The notes under the pieces: model-generated
What the model saw: the letters and a program-made list of their open reading frames with translations, nothing else
Databases searched by the model: none
What the model was told of the DNA's origin: nothing
Part shown: piece by piece, positions 1 through 7,383 of the stretch
Layout of the letters: each line of letters begins with the position of its first letter
How positions within the stretch are numbered: position 1 is the stretch's first letter
Assembly (NCBI RefSeq): GCF_000619845.1
Contig: NZ_JHUX01000003.1
Coordinates: forward strand, 280,064 to 312,063
Direction: 5' to 3'
From: Alkanindiges illinoisensis DSM 15370
Lineage (GTDB): Bacteria; Pseudomonadota; Gammaproteobacteria; Pseudomonadales; Moraxellaceae
DNA: 32,000 nt
Translations under genes and position numbers: made by a program

Positions 1-4
1 ATTA

Positions 5-74
5 AGCGGATAAAAGATAGAATTATGATTTTTGAAATAATAACTTAGCGGAATCAAACGGAATTATGCGGATT
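5..74. repeat. Four copies of a (A/T)(G/A)CGGA(A/T)(A/T) motif, three of them in tandem with a 10-bp period
   Basis: AGCGGATA 5-12, AGCGGAAT 47-54, AACGGAAT 57-64, TGCGGATT 67-74. They lie in AT-rich DNA with no ORF. Confidence 0.6.
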
Positions 75-195
75 ACAATTATTCTTTTCGAGCATGAGAA
101 GCATATTAATTGCAACCTTATGAAATTAAAAGATTATTTCATTGATGGTGTTGAAGATACCCGTTAGCGTACCCGTTTGGTGGGCAGTAGAATAA

Positions 196-223
196 ATAAA
201 GCCCCTTGGGATAGGGGCATTTT
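196..223 (-). terminator. Putative intrinsic terminator ending the leftward early operon (possibly bidirectional)
   Basis: GC stem GCCCC 201-205 / GGGGC 214-218. On the minus strand it is followed by TTTATTTATT, and on the plus strand by ATTTT. Confidence 0.5.
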
Positions 224-254
224 AACAGTTATAGCAGTCGGATTAAATAAACAA

Positions 255-464
255 TTACTCATCCGGTGTTTTTAGGCTCTCAACCACACGCTTGACATAT
301 GACGCATACCAGAATGTGGTTCGCTTGCCATCAGTATGCGGCTTTTCAATTTCCCCTAACTGGATGCGTTTATAGAATTTGGTCTTTTTGCACTTAAGCA
401 ATTCCATAAACTCTTTTGGAGTAATTCGGTAATCAATTTCTAAATTCTGTGCTGCACTCATCAT
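255..464 (-). CDS. AlpA/excisionase-like small DNA-binding protein
   Basis: 69 aa. The segment ITPKEFMELLKCKKTKFYKRIQLGEI resembles the AlpA/Xis-type HTH. It is the last gene of the leftward operon, next to the phased repeats. Confidence 0.55.
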   Translation of the reverse strand: MMSAAQNLEIDYRITPKEFMELLKCKKTKFYKRIQLGEIEKPHTDGKRTTFWYASYVKRVVESLKTPDE

Positions 465-471
465 TCACCTC

Positions 472-726
472 TCAATGCCTAGACTGAGCAATAACTTGCC
501 TGTAGGCAGTCACTTGCTGCTCAAGTAAAACCAATGCCGCTTCTGCACCAAAATGTCCTGCAAGTTGTGAGTTCATAAAAGCAACTGTGCCCATGTATAG
601 TTGCGCGGTCTGTTGCTGGTCAGCCTTAATAGATTCAGCAAACTGTAAAATCATGTTTTGCATCATTGCTGCCAGTTCTTGCGGTGCCTGCTTTAAATCA
701 GTGCTAATTTCAATGCGCTTTTCCAT
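472..726 (-). CDS. Hypothetical protein (84 aa)
   Basis: The ORF-track start at 738 is TTG. The ATG at 726 is preceded by GGAGGA with a 4-nt spacer and overlaps the upstream stop as TGATG. Confidence 0.6.
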   Translation of the reverse strand: MEKRIEISTDLKQAPQELAAMMQNMILQFAESIKADQQQTAQLYMGTVAFMNSQLAGHFGAEAALVLLEQQVTAYRQVIAQSRH

Positions 727-806
727 CACTTCCTCCAATCCATCCAGTTGACCAGACTCCGCCGACGTGTATAACGCTGGCGCTTAATCGTAATGCGCCG
801 TTTCAT
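726..806 (-). CDS. 26-aa arginine-rich micro-ORF MKRRITIKRQRYTRRRSLVNWMDWRK
   Basis: AGGAG lies 5 nt upstream of the ATG. There is an ATGA overlap with the upstream stop and a TGATG overlap with the downstream start. It exactly fills an apparent 64-nt gap. Confidence 0.5.
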   Translation of the reverse strand: MKRRITIKRQRYTRRRSLVNWMDWRK

Positions 807-1066
807 GTCGGCTCCTGTGCTGCTTTAAGCACTTCAATAAATAAGCTTCCAGCAAAAGAATTTTCTACCGTGTAGTGCTCCAGCAAGAAATTAATCGCAT
901 CCTGTAGCTCTGCTGGTGCTGGAATTTTCTCTTTGGCACATTCACTTGCGCCGTGGATTGCCAACTTTTGCAAAGCGCCACAAGCTTTATAGAAAAGAAT
1001 TTCGCTCATCATCCAATCCTCTAAATTCCCGTATCGCCGCAGACGGGTGGCTGCACTCATGAACAA
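803..1066 (-). CDS. Hypothetical protein (start uncertain)
   Basis: 87-aa ORF with no SD before TTG 1066 or ATG 1060. An internal ATG at 1012 has GAGGA 4 nt upstream (69-aa alternative). Confidence 0.5.
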   Translation of the reverse strand: MFMSAATRLRRYGNLEDWMMSEILFYKACGALQKLAIHGASECAKEKIPAPAELQDAINFLLEHYTVENSFAGSLFIEVLKAAQEPT

Positions 1067-1248
1067 TTCGGCTACGCATTACACCTTCCTGACTACTCTT
1101 TGCTTGCCTGCGCCAACAGGGGCGTGTGGTTAGAATCCCACTTTCATCATTTCCCGATACGTTACCCGGGGTACAAGTCACTTACCGTATGCTGTGACTG
1201 AGCCAGCTTGCCAACTTTAAAAGCTGGCTTCCTTGCTGTGCGGGGCGG

Positions 1249-1830
1249 TTAAATTCGCATTGGCATAACAACAACATTAAATTCAGAGCCACCAGCAGCA
1301 AAGATAGCTGATGCAGCATGGTTGCCATTGGTTCTTATTCCGGTAAGCTGTTTGCCCAGTATTTTTGCAATCTTGTGCAGGTCTATAAGATATTTGACGT
1401 TAATGATTGATTCGCTATCAGTAAGGTCATCAGGTTTTGGTATTACTCGCCGCCAGTCCGGATAGGCGCCATCAATTGGATTGATACCCATTTCAAACCA
1501 GTTGCAATCAGAGAACCAATGCTTGCCAGATTTTATAAGCGTGATCTGTTTATCCCGACCTCTCGAACGCAAGTAGTCTTTGTTGCTGAGAAGCATTTCA
1601 AAAACTTGGCGCGGGATGATGTCATTTACTACTTCATCATCAGCAAAGCCTTCATGCTCAATCTTGCAATAGGCAAGGCGGTGACCATCGGTTGATGCTA
1701 AGTTGCATTCACCATTTTGAATAACTACATTGATACCTGTTAAGTAGTACCGAACATCCAGAGTGGCAGCAGTAATCAGCAATGCTTTTGCTACCGAAAC
1801 TGGAATGTGTATTTTTTTATCATTCATCAT
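1249..1830 (-). CDS. Truncated DNA polymerase III beta sliding-clamp (DnaN)-like protein, 193 aa
   Basis: Collinear DnaN hallmark motifs: DVRYYLTG, STDGHRLA, DGAYPDWRRVIPK and C-terminal VVVMPMRI. It lacks domain I and part of domain III. Confidence 0.8.
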   Translation of the reverse strand: MMNDKKIHIPVSVAKALLITAATLDVRYYLTGINVVIQNGECNLASTDGHRLAYCKIEHEGFADDEVVNDIIPRQVFEMLLSNKDYLRSRGRDKQITLIKSGKHWFSDCNWFEMGINPIDGAYPDWRRVIPKPDDLTDSESIINVKYLIDLHKIAKILGKQLTGIRTNGNHAASAIFAAGGSEFNVVVMPMRI

Positions 1831-1840
1831 ATTTCCCTCG

Positions 1841-2461
1841 TTACGCTGCCATATCCAGCATGCGGTTAATTACATTCTGTGCATCGGCTTCGTTGTCAAA
1901 ATGACGTGACAGCACAAAACGCCAAGCTACTCCAAATGCGTTCTTATAAAACTCGTTGAATTCGGTTTGACCCATTGTTGCGAAGTTGATTGACTTAGGA
2001 CGTTTCTCTAAATCACCATTGGGCAGGCGGACTACATCAAAGTAACCGCACTCATTTTTAAGCCACTTGTGAATCTCTAATGTGCTGGCCGGAATAGGGT
2101 TAATCAGCTTGGCAGCACGACGATTGCTCAAGTCCTGCAAATAATCCTGCTGCAATGCCTGCGATTGCTCATCTGTCAGCTTGATGCCTTTACGCTGCAA
2201 GTAGGTGCAGAACGAAGCAGCCGTATTGACCTCAACACGATTAACAAGCCCGGTTTGCGGTTCCCAATAGTCCTTAACCAATCCAATCAAGCCGCCAAAA
2301 TACAGCTTGTGATGCTGTAAGCTGCGGTCATTGTTCTTGGGCTTAACGCACTCAGTCTTAACGGCCTGACCAATCTTGTAAGTCGCACGCATCAGGGCAT
2401 GATCATGCTCAGTAGCTGGAACCAGCGCATGGCCATTGCAGATCATCATTAGCTCTTGCAT
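1841..2461 (-). CDS. Hypothetical phage protein (possibly DUF1367-like)
   Basis: 206 aa with GAGGA 7 nt upstream of the ATG. The weak resemblance (KPKNNDRSLQHHKLYFGGL) is from memory only. Confidence 0.6.
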   Translation of the reverse strand: MQELMMICNGHALVPATEHDHALMRATYKIGQAVKTECVKPKNNDRSLQHHKLYFGGLIGLVKDYWEPQTGLVNRVEVNTAASFCTYLQRKGIKLTDEQSQALQQDYLQDLSNRRAAKLINPIPASTLEIHKWLKNECGYFDVVRLPNGDLEKRPKSINFATMGQTEFNEFYKNAFGVAWRFVLSRHFDNEADAQNVINRMLDMAA

Positions 2462-3051
2462 GGCTTAGTCCTCAACTCCGAAACACGATGATCAATACGC
2501 GCCATGTTTAGGTAGAGTGGCGTATAGTCAGGGTTCGGCTCATGGCTATATTTATGATTCATGATTGCCATTACGCCGCGCTTTACTAGCACAAGGTTTT
2601 CAAGGCTGCAATTGAGCTTATCCCCATCCTTAAATGCAATAATGTGACCTTTAGGTATAGCGCCGTTTACCTTTTCCCAAACATAATGGTGTTTTAAGAC
2701 CATACGTCGATGACCTTCAACTTTGGCATAAACATAGCCATCCCTATCTATTCGTTCATGTCCAACTGGCTTTGCGGTGGCTGGGATATTCCCTTTCTTG
2801 AAGGTAGACTTTGGACTGACTTGAAGGCCTTTCATGCCTTTATTCCAAGTTTTCATACCTTTTGCGAAGCAACCAGTACGGCCAGTTTTCCAGCCTTTGC
2901 GGGTACAAAGACCCTTGATCTGGTCATAAGTAAATGCAGTCCCAAATTGCTGATTAACCAGTGCTGTTAAAGCATGCCGCTCCATTTCCTTATGCTGTTC
3001 AATAAACTCAAGCTGTGCTGCTGTATACTGAATATAAAAACCTTTAGGCAT
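2449..3051 (-). CDS. HNH endonuclease (HNH_3-like)
   Basis: LKHHYVWEKVNGAIPKGHIIAFKDGDKLNCSLENLVLV matches the HNH_3 homing-endonuclease pattern. Confidence 0.8.
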   Translation of the reverse strand: MPKGFYIQYTAAQLEFIEQHKEMERHALTALVNQQFGTAFTYDQIKGLCTRKGWKTGRTGCFAKGMKTWNKGMKGLQVSPKSTFKKGNIPATAKPVGHERIDRDGYVYAKVEGHRRMVLKHHYVWEKVNGAIPKGHIIAFKDGDKLNCSLENLVLVKRGVMAIMNHKYSHEPNPDYTPLYLNMARIDHRVSELRTKPCKS

Positions 3052-3286
3052 CTTGTTTAGCTCCTATCATGGCTGGCAGGCTCACCACTCCTTTTTGATA
3101 GTCAACCCTGAACTTTTCTGCATCCATAGCAAGTCTGGCATTTTCTATGATCTGAGCTGCTACGCCTGTCATAGCCTTTGAGCGGCCTAACTCATTCTGC
3201 AATGCTTCACCTGATAATGTTTCATCACCAAGACGCTCAAGTTGTGCGAATAGGTGATCATTTAAGTCGATTAATTTGTTTCTCAT
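3044..3286 (-). CDS. Hypothetical protein (80 aa)
   Basis: AGGAG lies 6 nt upstream of the ATG. The gene is translationally packed within the operon. Confidence 0.6.
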   Translation of the reverse strand: MRNKLIDLNDHLFAQLERLGDETLSGEALQNELGRSKAMTGVAAQIIENARLAMDAEKFRVDYQKGVVSLPAMIGAKQDA

Positions 3287-3295
3287 CCCAATCTC

Positions 3296-3919
3296 CTAAG
3301 CCTGAGCCATTTCATTACGGACAATTGGCTTCCAGACCCGTGCAAACTCTGCCAAGTCATAAGCCACTTCCCTGACTTCTTCTGCCATGCCCTTATAGGC
3401 AAACTGCTCTAAAACATGGTATTTCTTGATCAGGATTTCATATAAACCGTGTTCATTGGGTACTGCTGGCAATCCGGCATGTTCAAACACCTGATAGGCA
3501 AAATGACACTTCTTGCGCATTGCCAGATAAGCACGCCATTGCAGGGAATCCATGTAACGGTCTTGGTCAAACTGGGCTGTCAACTTATGGTCAATCACTT
3601 TAAATGCGGTTTCAGCATCAATCTTGCCGACCAATACGACACCGGGCAGAATTTCCCATTCATACTTGCGCTCACGGACTGAGCCGAGTTCCAGTGTGCC
3701 GTTTAGGTCATTGGGCAGGGTAAACTTGTAATTATCCTGTATGAGCTGAATAAGGCCATTTTCAAGGATGTTATGAAACGCAGTTCCGGCAGCCATAGCA
3801 GGGGATTGTTTAAACTCGCCAAATAGCTGTTGTGCCAGTTCCTCGCTAGTGACTTCATCGTTCTGCATGCCAGACACATAAGTGTCCAGCATGGTGACGG
3901 ATAGGCGGATAGGGGTCAT
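3296..3919 (-). CDS. PD-(D/E)XK (RecB/Cas4-like) nuclease
   Basis: GKID ... IDHK ... LQWRAY corresponds to the D, (D/E)xK and QxxxY motifs in the correct order. Confidence 0.65.
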   Translation of the reverse strand: MTPIRLSVTMLDTYVSGMQNDEVTSEELAQQLFGEFKQSPAMAAGTAFHNILENGLIQLIQDNYKFTLPNDLNGTLELGSVRERKYEWEILPGVVLVGKIDAETAFKVIDHKLTAQFDQDRYMDSLQWRAYLAMRKKCHFAYQVFEHAGLPAVPNEHGLYEILIKKYHVLEQFAYKGMAEEVREVAYDLAEFARVWKPIVRNEMAQA

Positions 3920-4026
3920 AGGTCACCGCCTTGCTTTTTATCTAAAAGTTCAAGGCCACCAACCAACATAACTAGCCCAAAAAGAACAATCAAAAAGCAA
4001 AAAAATACAAATTCATAAGCTCCCAT
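3916..4026 (-). CDS. 36-aa single-TM micro-protein MGAYEFVFFCFLIVLFGLVMLVGGLELLDKKQGGDL
   Basis: Internal ATG of the 3916..4110 ORF, with GAGGAG 7 nt upstream. Hydrophobic core. ATGA overlap with the next gene. Confidence 0.5.
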   Translation of the reverse strand: MGAYEFVFFCFLIVLFGLVMLVGGLELLDKKQGGDL

Positions 4027-4252
4027 TGCTTTGCTCCTCATGACAAATACATGCAGGGCAAACCCAACCATCTTTTCTTTTCTGCCAGCCTGCCCAAGCC
4101 GCTGATTCAAGTAATTCAGCTACACCAGCCGATACAGCAGATTTTGTATTGCCATACATTTCCATCGGCCCATAGTTATCATCTGATAAGCACCTATTGC
4201 TAGTTCGGCCAGCGCCACGCCTATCACAGCGCAATTCCATCCAGAAGCTCAT
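4013..4252 (-). CDS. Hypothetical Cys-containing protein (79 aa)
   Basis: AAGGAGG lies 7 nt upstream, with an ATGA overlap with the upstream gene. Contains C...C...CPAC. Confidence 0.6.
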   Translation of the reverse strand: MSFWMELRCDRRGAGRTSNRCLSDDNYGPMEMYGNTKSAVSAGVAELLESAAWAGWQKRKDGWVCPACICHEEQSNGSL

Positions 4253-5172
4253 AAGTCAGCCTCCTTAGCCACAAACACCTTGCCAGCCTTATCCCAGTTA
4301 AAGCCCAGTCCGTTTGCCATACTGACTACGGATTCCCACATTTCGCGCACATAGGGGTGTGACTTGTTCAGCTTGGCCTGCATACCCTGTAGCGTTTCAA
4401 TGGACTCAGCAGCCATACATTCAGCGCGCCAGTCATTCAATTCACCCATGGCTTGTGCCTGTGATTCGCTCAATGAATTAATATGGGTTTTGGCTTGCTC
4501 GATAATGCCTGCCAGAGTGTCCGGCACATTGTCCAGATTGGGTAGGGAAATATTGCCGATAGCACCGGAATCCTTGGCATGGTGACTGGCAGATGGAGCA
4601 AAGCTAATCAGTTTCTCAGCGCCATCGCGGCCTTGAATCGTGGTCATATACCCCATCATATCGGCCACTTTGTAGGCTTCTTTTTTACTGCCGCCGACCA
4701 TATCGGGGCGAATAATCAGGTCATCGCCTTTCTTATCTTCGGCAGAGTGAGCCAGTAGCACCACGTCCTTACCAAATGAACGCAGGATGTTCAGCCAGCC
4801 TGTGAAACGCTTATTGAGCGTGCCATAGCCTTGAATGGATAGCTCCTTACTGTTCTTGCGGCAGTTCTTCTGGTCTTTCACCAAGTCCGCAATAATTACA
4901 TCCAGCATTCGGCCAGCAGTATCAATGATGATGGTGTCGTAACCTGCAAGGTCACTGGCTTCAATAGTGGCAACATCAGCCCATGTCTTAACTGGGACGG
5001 TATCCTTACGAAACTTGCCAGCCCGGTGAGCACCTGCATCAAAGTCAAACAGGATGGGATTCTTGGCACTAAAGGCCAGTGAGGTTTTGCCGATGCCCGG
5101 ATCGCCATAAATAAAGACAATTAGGTTCTCAACGCGCATGGGCTCAGCAGCAGTAACGATTCTTAAGGCCAT
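4249..5172 (-). CDS. AAA_24 / Sak4-like RecA-core ATPase (recombination)
   Basis: Walker A IYGDPGIGKTSLA and Walker B-like TIIIDTAG. The start was moved to the ATG at 5172 (GAGGAG 9 nt upstream), downstream of the stop of the 5201..5398 ORF. Confidence 0.7.
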   Translation of the reverse strand: MALRIVTAAEPMRVENLIVFIYGDPGIGKTSLAFSAKNPILFDFDAGAHRAGKFRKDTVPVKTWADVATIEASDLAGYDTIIIDTAGRMLDVIIADLVKDQKNCRKNSKELSIQGYGTLNKRFTGWLNILRSFGKDVVLLAHSAEDKKGDDLIIRPDMVGGSKKEAYKVADMMGYMTTIQGRDGAEKLISFAPSASHHAKDSGAIGNISLPNLDNVPDTLAGIIEQAKTHINSLSESQAQAMGELNDWRAECMAAESIETLQGMQAKLNKSHPYVREMWESVVSMANGLGFNWDKAGKVFVAKEADL

Positions 5173-5200
5173 TCTCTGGTACTCCTCAGACTTAGGCGGA

Positions 5201-5398
5201 TTATTTGTGCTTTGCCAATTCACGCAAATAAGCGCGGTAGGTTTGGCGGCTGGGGAAATCTTCACGGGGTTTGCCGGGCTTGGCTGGCTCAACTTCTACA
5301 TTGCGCACATAGCCGGATGACTTGCCTTCCATGCGGTCAATACTTTGCAGCATGGCAATTGCAATTGCGGCACTATGTAAACTCAATAATCTGCTCAT
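5201..5398 (-). CDS. Hypothetical protein (65 aa)
   Basis: AAGGGG SD lies 6 nt before ATG 5398. It sits in the same operon and on the same strand as its neighbours. Confidence 0.45.
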   Translation of the reverse strand: MSRLLSLHSAAIAIAMLQSIDRMEGKSSGYVRNVEVEPAKPGKPREDFPSRQTYRAYLRELAKHK

Positions 5399-5401
5399 CA
5401 C

Positions 5402-5806
5402 TCACCCCTTAAACGAATGCTTGTCTAAAAATGCAAACATATCGTCCAGTTCATCAGGCTCGGCATTCTTTGCTGCTGTGCGCTCCTGATACTCAACCTG
5501 ATGTTCAATGGCCTGAATGAATTGCTGCATTTCCCATGCGTTTTCATTGGCAAATGCGCTAGTTACATCAATCTCCAGACCATCCATGCACCACACGCAA
5601 ATTTTGCTAATCTTGGTGCAGGCCTCAACATCACGCTTACCAGTGCTGATGCCTTCGGGGTTTTCAATGTCGTACCACTCGGTTGTGGTAGCGTGTTCAA
5701 TAATGAATGTGGCTTGACCAATGGCCAGTTCCGCCTTATCCATGGTGCAGCACAGGACTTCAACCAGTTGGCTATTTAAAGCACTTGGATTAAATTGCAT
5801 GTTCAT
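5402..5806 (-). CDS. Hypothetical acidic protein (134 aa)
   Basis: Long ORF. ATG 5806 has GGGTGG 5 nt upstream. The GTG at 5815 is an alternative start. Confidence 0.6.
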   Translation of the reverse strand: MNMQFNPSALNSQLVEVLCCTMDKAELAIGQATFIIEHATTTEWYDIENPEGISTGKRDVEACTKISKICVWCMDGLEIDVTSAFANENAWEMQQFIQAIEHQVEYQERTAAKNAEPDELDDMFAFLDKHSFKG

Positions 5807-5807
5807 A

Positions 5808-5918
5808 TCAGCCACCCATTACCCAAACGATTAAAATGATTACTGTCATCAGCACTGCAAAACCCTTGATGTCGCCTGCTGACTCAGCCCGTTTCTCACA
5901 CTCCCTTGCAATGTCCAT
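5808..5918 (-). CDS. 36-aa single-TM micro-protein MDIARECEKRAESAGDIKGFAVLMTVIILIVWVMGG
   Basis: AAGGTG lies 6 nt upstream. The ATG is 1 nt after the upstream stop. The ORF fills a gap in the annotation. Confidence 0.5.
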   Translation of the reverse strand: MDIARECEKRAESAGDIKGFAVLMTVIILIVWVMGG

Positions 5919-5919
5919 G

Positions 5920-6318
5920 TCATTCACCTTGCTTAGCCGTGAATGAGAGTAGGGCGCGTGCGTGTAGCTCTGCTGCTTCCTGGGTTAAATGCACAGCACC
6001 GTTCCTTAGGCGAATTCTGTGAAATTTATTGGAATCCCAATTGTCTGCCCCATATCCATGCTCGCATGCATGGTTGACATACCAATACTCGCAGCCACTG
6101 TCCAATGGCTTACGAACAGGCTCAGGGACTTCAAAACCATTGATGTTGATAGTCTTTGGCTTGATGCGGAATTCATTCATATCGCTTTCAAAAGCACTGA
6201 GAGAGGCAGTTTTAGGGACATCTCGCCAGCAAGAGCCATGTTCATCACGCTTCACTTCAACTTCCTGACCATCTGCCCAAGCCTTTAAATACTCGGCATG
6301 CAATACTGGCTTGCCCAT
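5920..6318 (-). CDS. Hypothetical protein (132 aa)
   Basis: The track start at 6324 is TTG. ATG 6318 has GGGGG 6 nt upstream. Confidence 0.6.
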   Translation of the reverse strand: MGKPVLHAEYLKAWADGQEVEVKRDEHGSCWRDVPKTASLSAFESDMNEFRIKPKTININGFEVPEPVRKPLDSGCEYWYVNHACEHGYGADNWDSNKFHRIRLRNGAVHLTQEAAELHARALLSFTAKQGE

Positions 6319-6320
6319 GA

Positions 6321-6503
6321 TCAACCCCCAACAAACCAGCTAGCCACAGCAGCTACACCAAACCCCACAACCATGCTGCTAAGGCTCACACGGTTATAGA
6401 CACGTTCAATCATGCCCGGCTGACGAATCAGCTTAGGTGTTGCATGAACCAGCTTGCCGGATGCACCGGACTTGCGGGGGAGAGGCATTGTTTGAGTTTT
6501 CAT
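6321..6503 (-). CDS. Small protein with basic N-terminus and C-terminal TM segment (60 aa)
   Basis: First ORF of the leftward operon. Contains VVGFGVAAVASWFVGG, a hydrophobic tail. Confidence 0.5.
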   Translation of the reverse strand: MKTQTMPLPRKSGASGKLVHATPKLIRQPGMIERVYNRVSLSSMVVGFGVAAVASWFVGG

Positions 6504-6625
6504 CTTGTTTGCTCATGTTGTTGGGCATGAGTTAAGAATACTTTACCTTTTATATAAAGTAAAGACAGCTTTACTATTATTTTGCATTTATTTTACTTTT
6601 CTTTACTTTTAAATTTTGGAGGACA
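6504..6625 (-). promoter_or_regulatory. Early-left (PL-like) promoter/operator region with GTAAAG/CTTTAC half-site array and a leader hairpin
   Basis: CTTTAC at 6541, 6569 and 6601, TTTAC at 6592, GTAAAG at 6559. Hairpin CTCATG 6512-6517 / CATGAG 6526-6531. Confidence 0.5.
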
Positions 6626-6650
6626 AACAAAAACCCGCACAGGGCGGGCT
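6625..6650 (-). terminator. Intrinsic terminator after the repressor gene
   Basis: The minus strand reads AGCCCGCCCTGTGCGGGTTTTTGTTTG, a GC stem followed by a T run. Confidence 0.6.
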
Positions 6651-6669
6651 AAACTTGGTTCGCATCATG

Positions 6670-7383
6670 TTAGTGTTTTCTTGTGCGCTTGCGCTTTGAG
6701 CCACCAATTGGCCTAAAACCATCAACCACAATACCTATAAGCCTTGTATCTTCGTCAAACTCAATAATATTAGGCTTCCAGTCTGGATTGAGTGCCTGCA
6801 AATATTTACGCCCATTGTTCTCAATGATTAACTTTTTAAAGGTTTCACCCTCATAGTTATGAATAACAATAATGTCACCAGAAACTAATTCATCTGGATA
6901 AATAGTGGGATCAACCTGAATAAAGTCCCCTTCTTGATACTTTGGAAAGTTACTAATCCCTTTCACTTCCAAGTAAAAACATTTATCGCAATCATCATCA
7001 CTCAAAGCTGGATACCACTCCTTAATATCAGTCACTTCAACCGGGCCAGCACTTGTCAAGTTTCCAGCCTGAACCCAAGATAAAACAGGCAACATTCTTA
7101 CATTATTAATTCGCTGAGCGTTGCTCTGATTTGCAGCTTTAACATCCTGGTTTAAAGCCATGGGTGCTTTTTCGCCAGCCAACCACATTGGGTTTACATC
7201 TAGGTACTCGGCAGCCTTCAGGAGTAATGGGCCATCAATTGTTTGCGTGGGGCCATTAAACCAATAACCAACAGTTTGCTTCGATGTATCGCACTGCCTA
7301 GCAATTTCGGCTTTAGTAACAATCTTGCCTAGTTGTTTAGCGTGTGTCGCGGCCTGCGCCATTCGCTCCTGAAGCGTACTCAT
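6670..7383 (-). CDS. cI: CI-like repressor (N-terminal HTH, C-terminal S24 LexA-type autopeptidase)
   Basis: HTH: KAEIARQCDTSKQTVGYWFNG. AG site: VQAGN. Ser motif: LEVKGISN. Lys motif: ETFKKLIIENNGRKYLQALNPDW, closely resembling the lambda CI C-terminus. Confidence 0.85.
   Translation of the reverse strand: MSTLQERMAQAATHAKQLGKIVTKAEIARQCDTSKQTVGYWFNGPTQTIDGPLLLKAAEYLDVNPMWLAGEKAPMALNQDVKAANQSNAQRINNVRMLPVLSWVQAGNLTSAGPVEVTDIKEWYPALSDDDCDKCFYLEVKGISNFPKYQEGDFIQVDPTIYPDELVSGDIIVIHNYEGETFKKLIIENNGRKYLQALNPDWKPNIIEFDEDTRLIGIVVDGFRPIGGSKRKRTRKH

Noticed and set aside
1128..1139. GGTTAGAATCCC resembling a tRNA T-loop (GGTTCGAATCC)
   Set aside because: I could not pair a 5-bp T stem on either strand, and no acceptor or anticodon arms are apparent. 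It is not a tRNA.
987..1181. Full-length 64-aa minus-strand ORF
   Set aside because: There is no SD at 1181, and the N-terminal half runs through the hairpin region. Only the SD-led internal 30-aa version is kept, as a low-confidence alternative in the findings.
5138..5412. Plus-strand ORFs 5138..5320 and 5212..5412
   Set aside because: They are on the opposite strand to a continuous minus-strand operon. The minus-strand alternatives have SD sequences and stop/start coupling.
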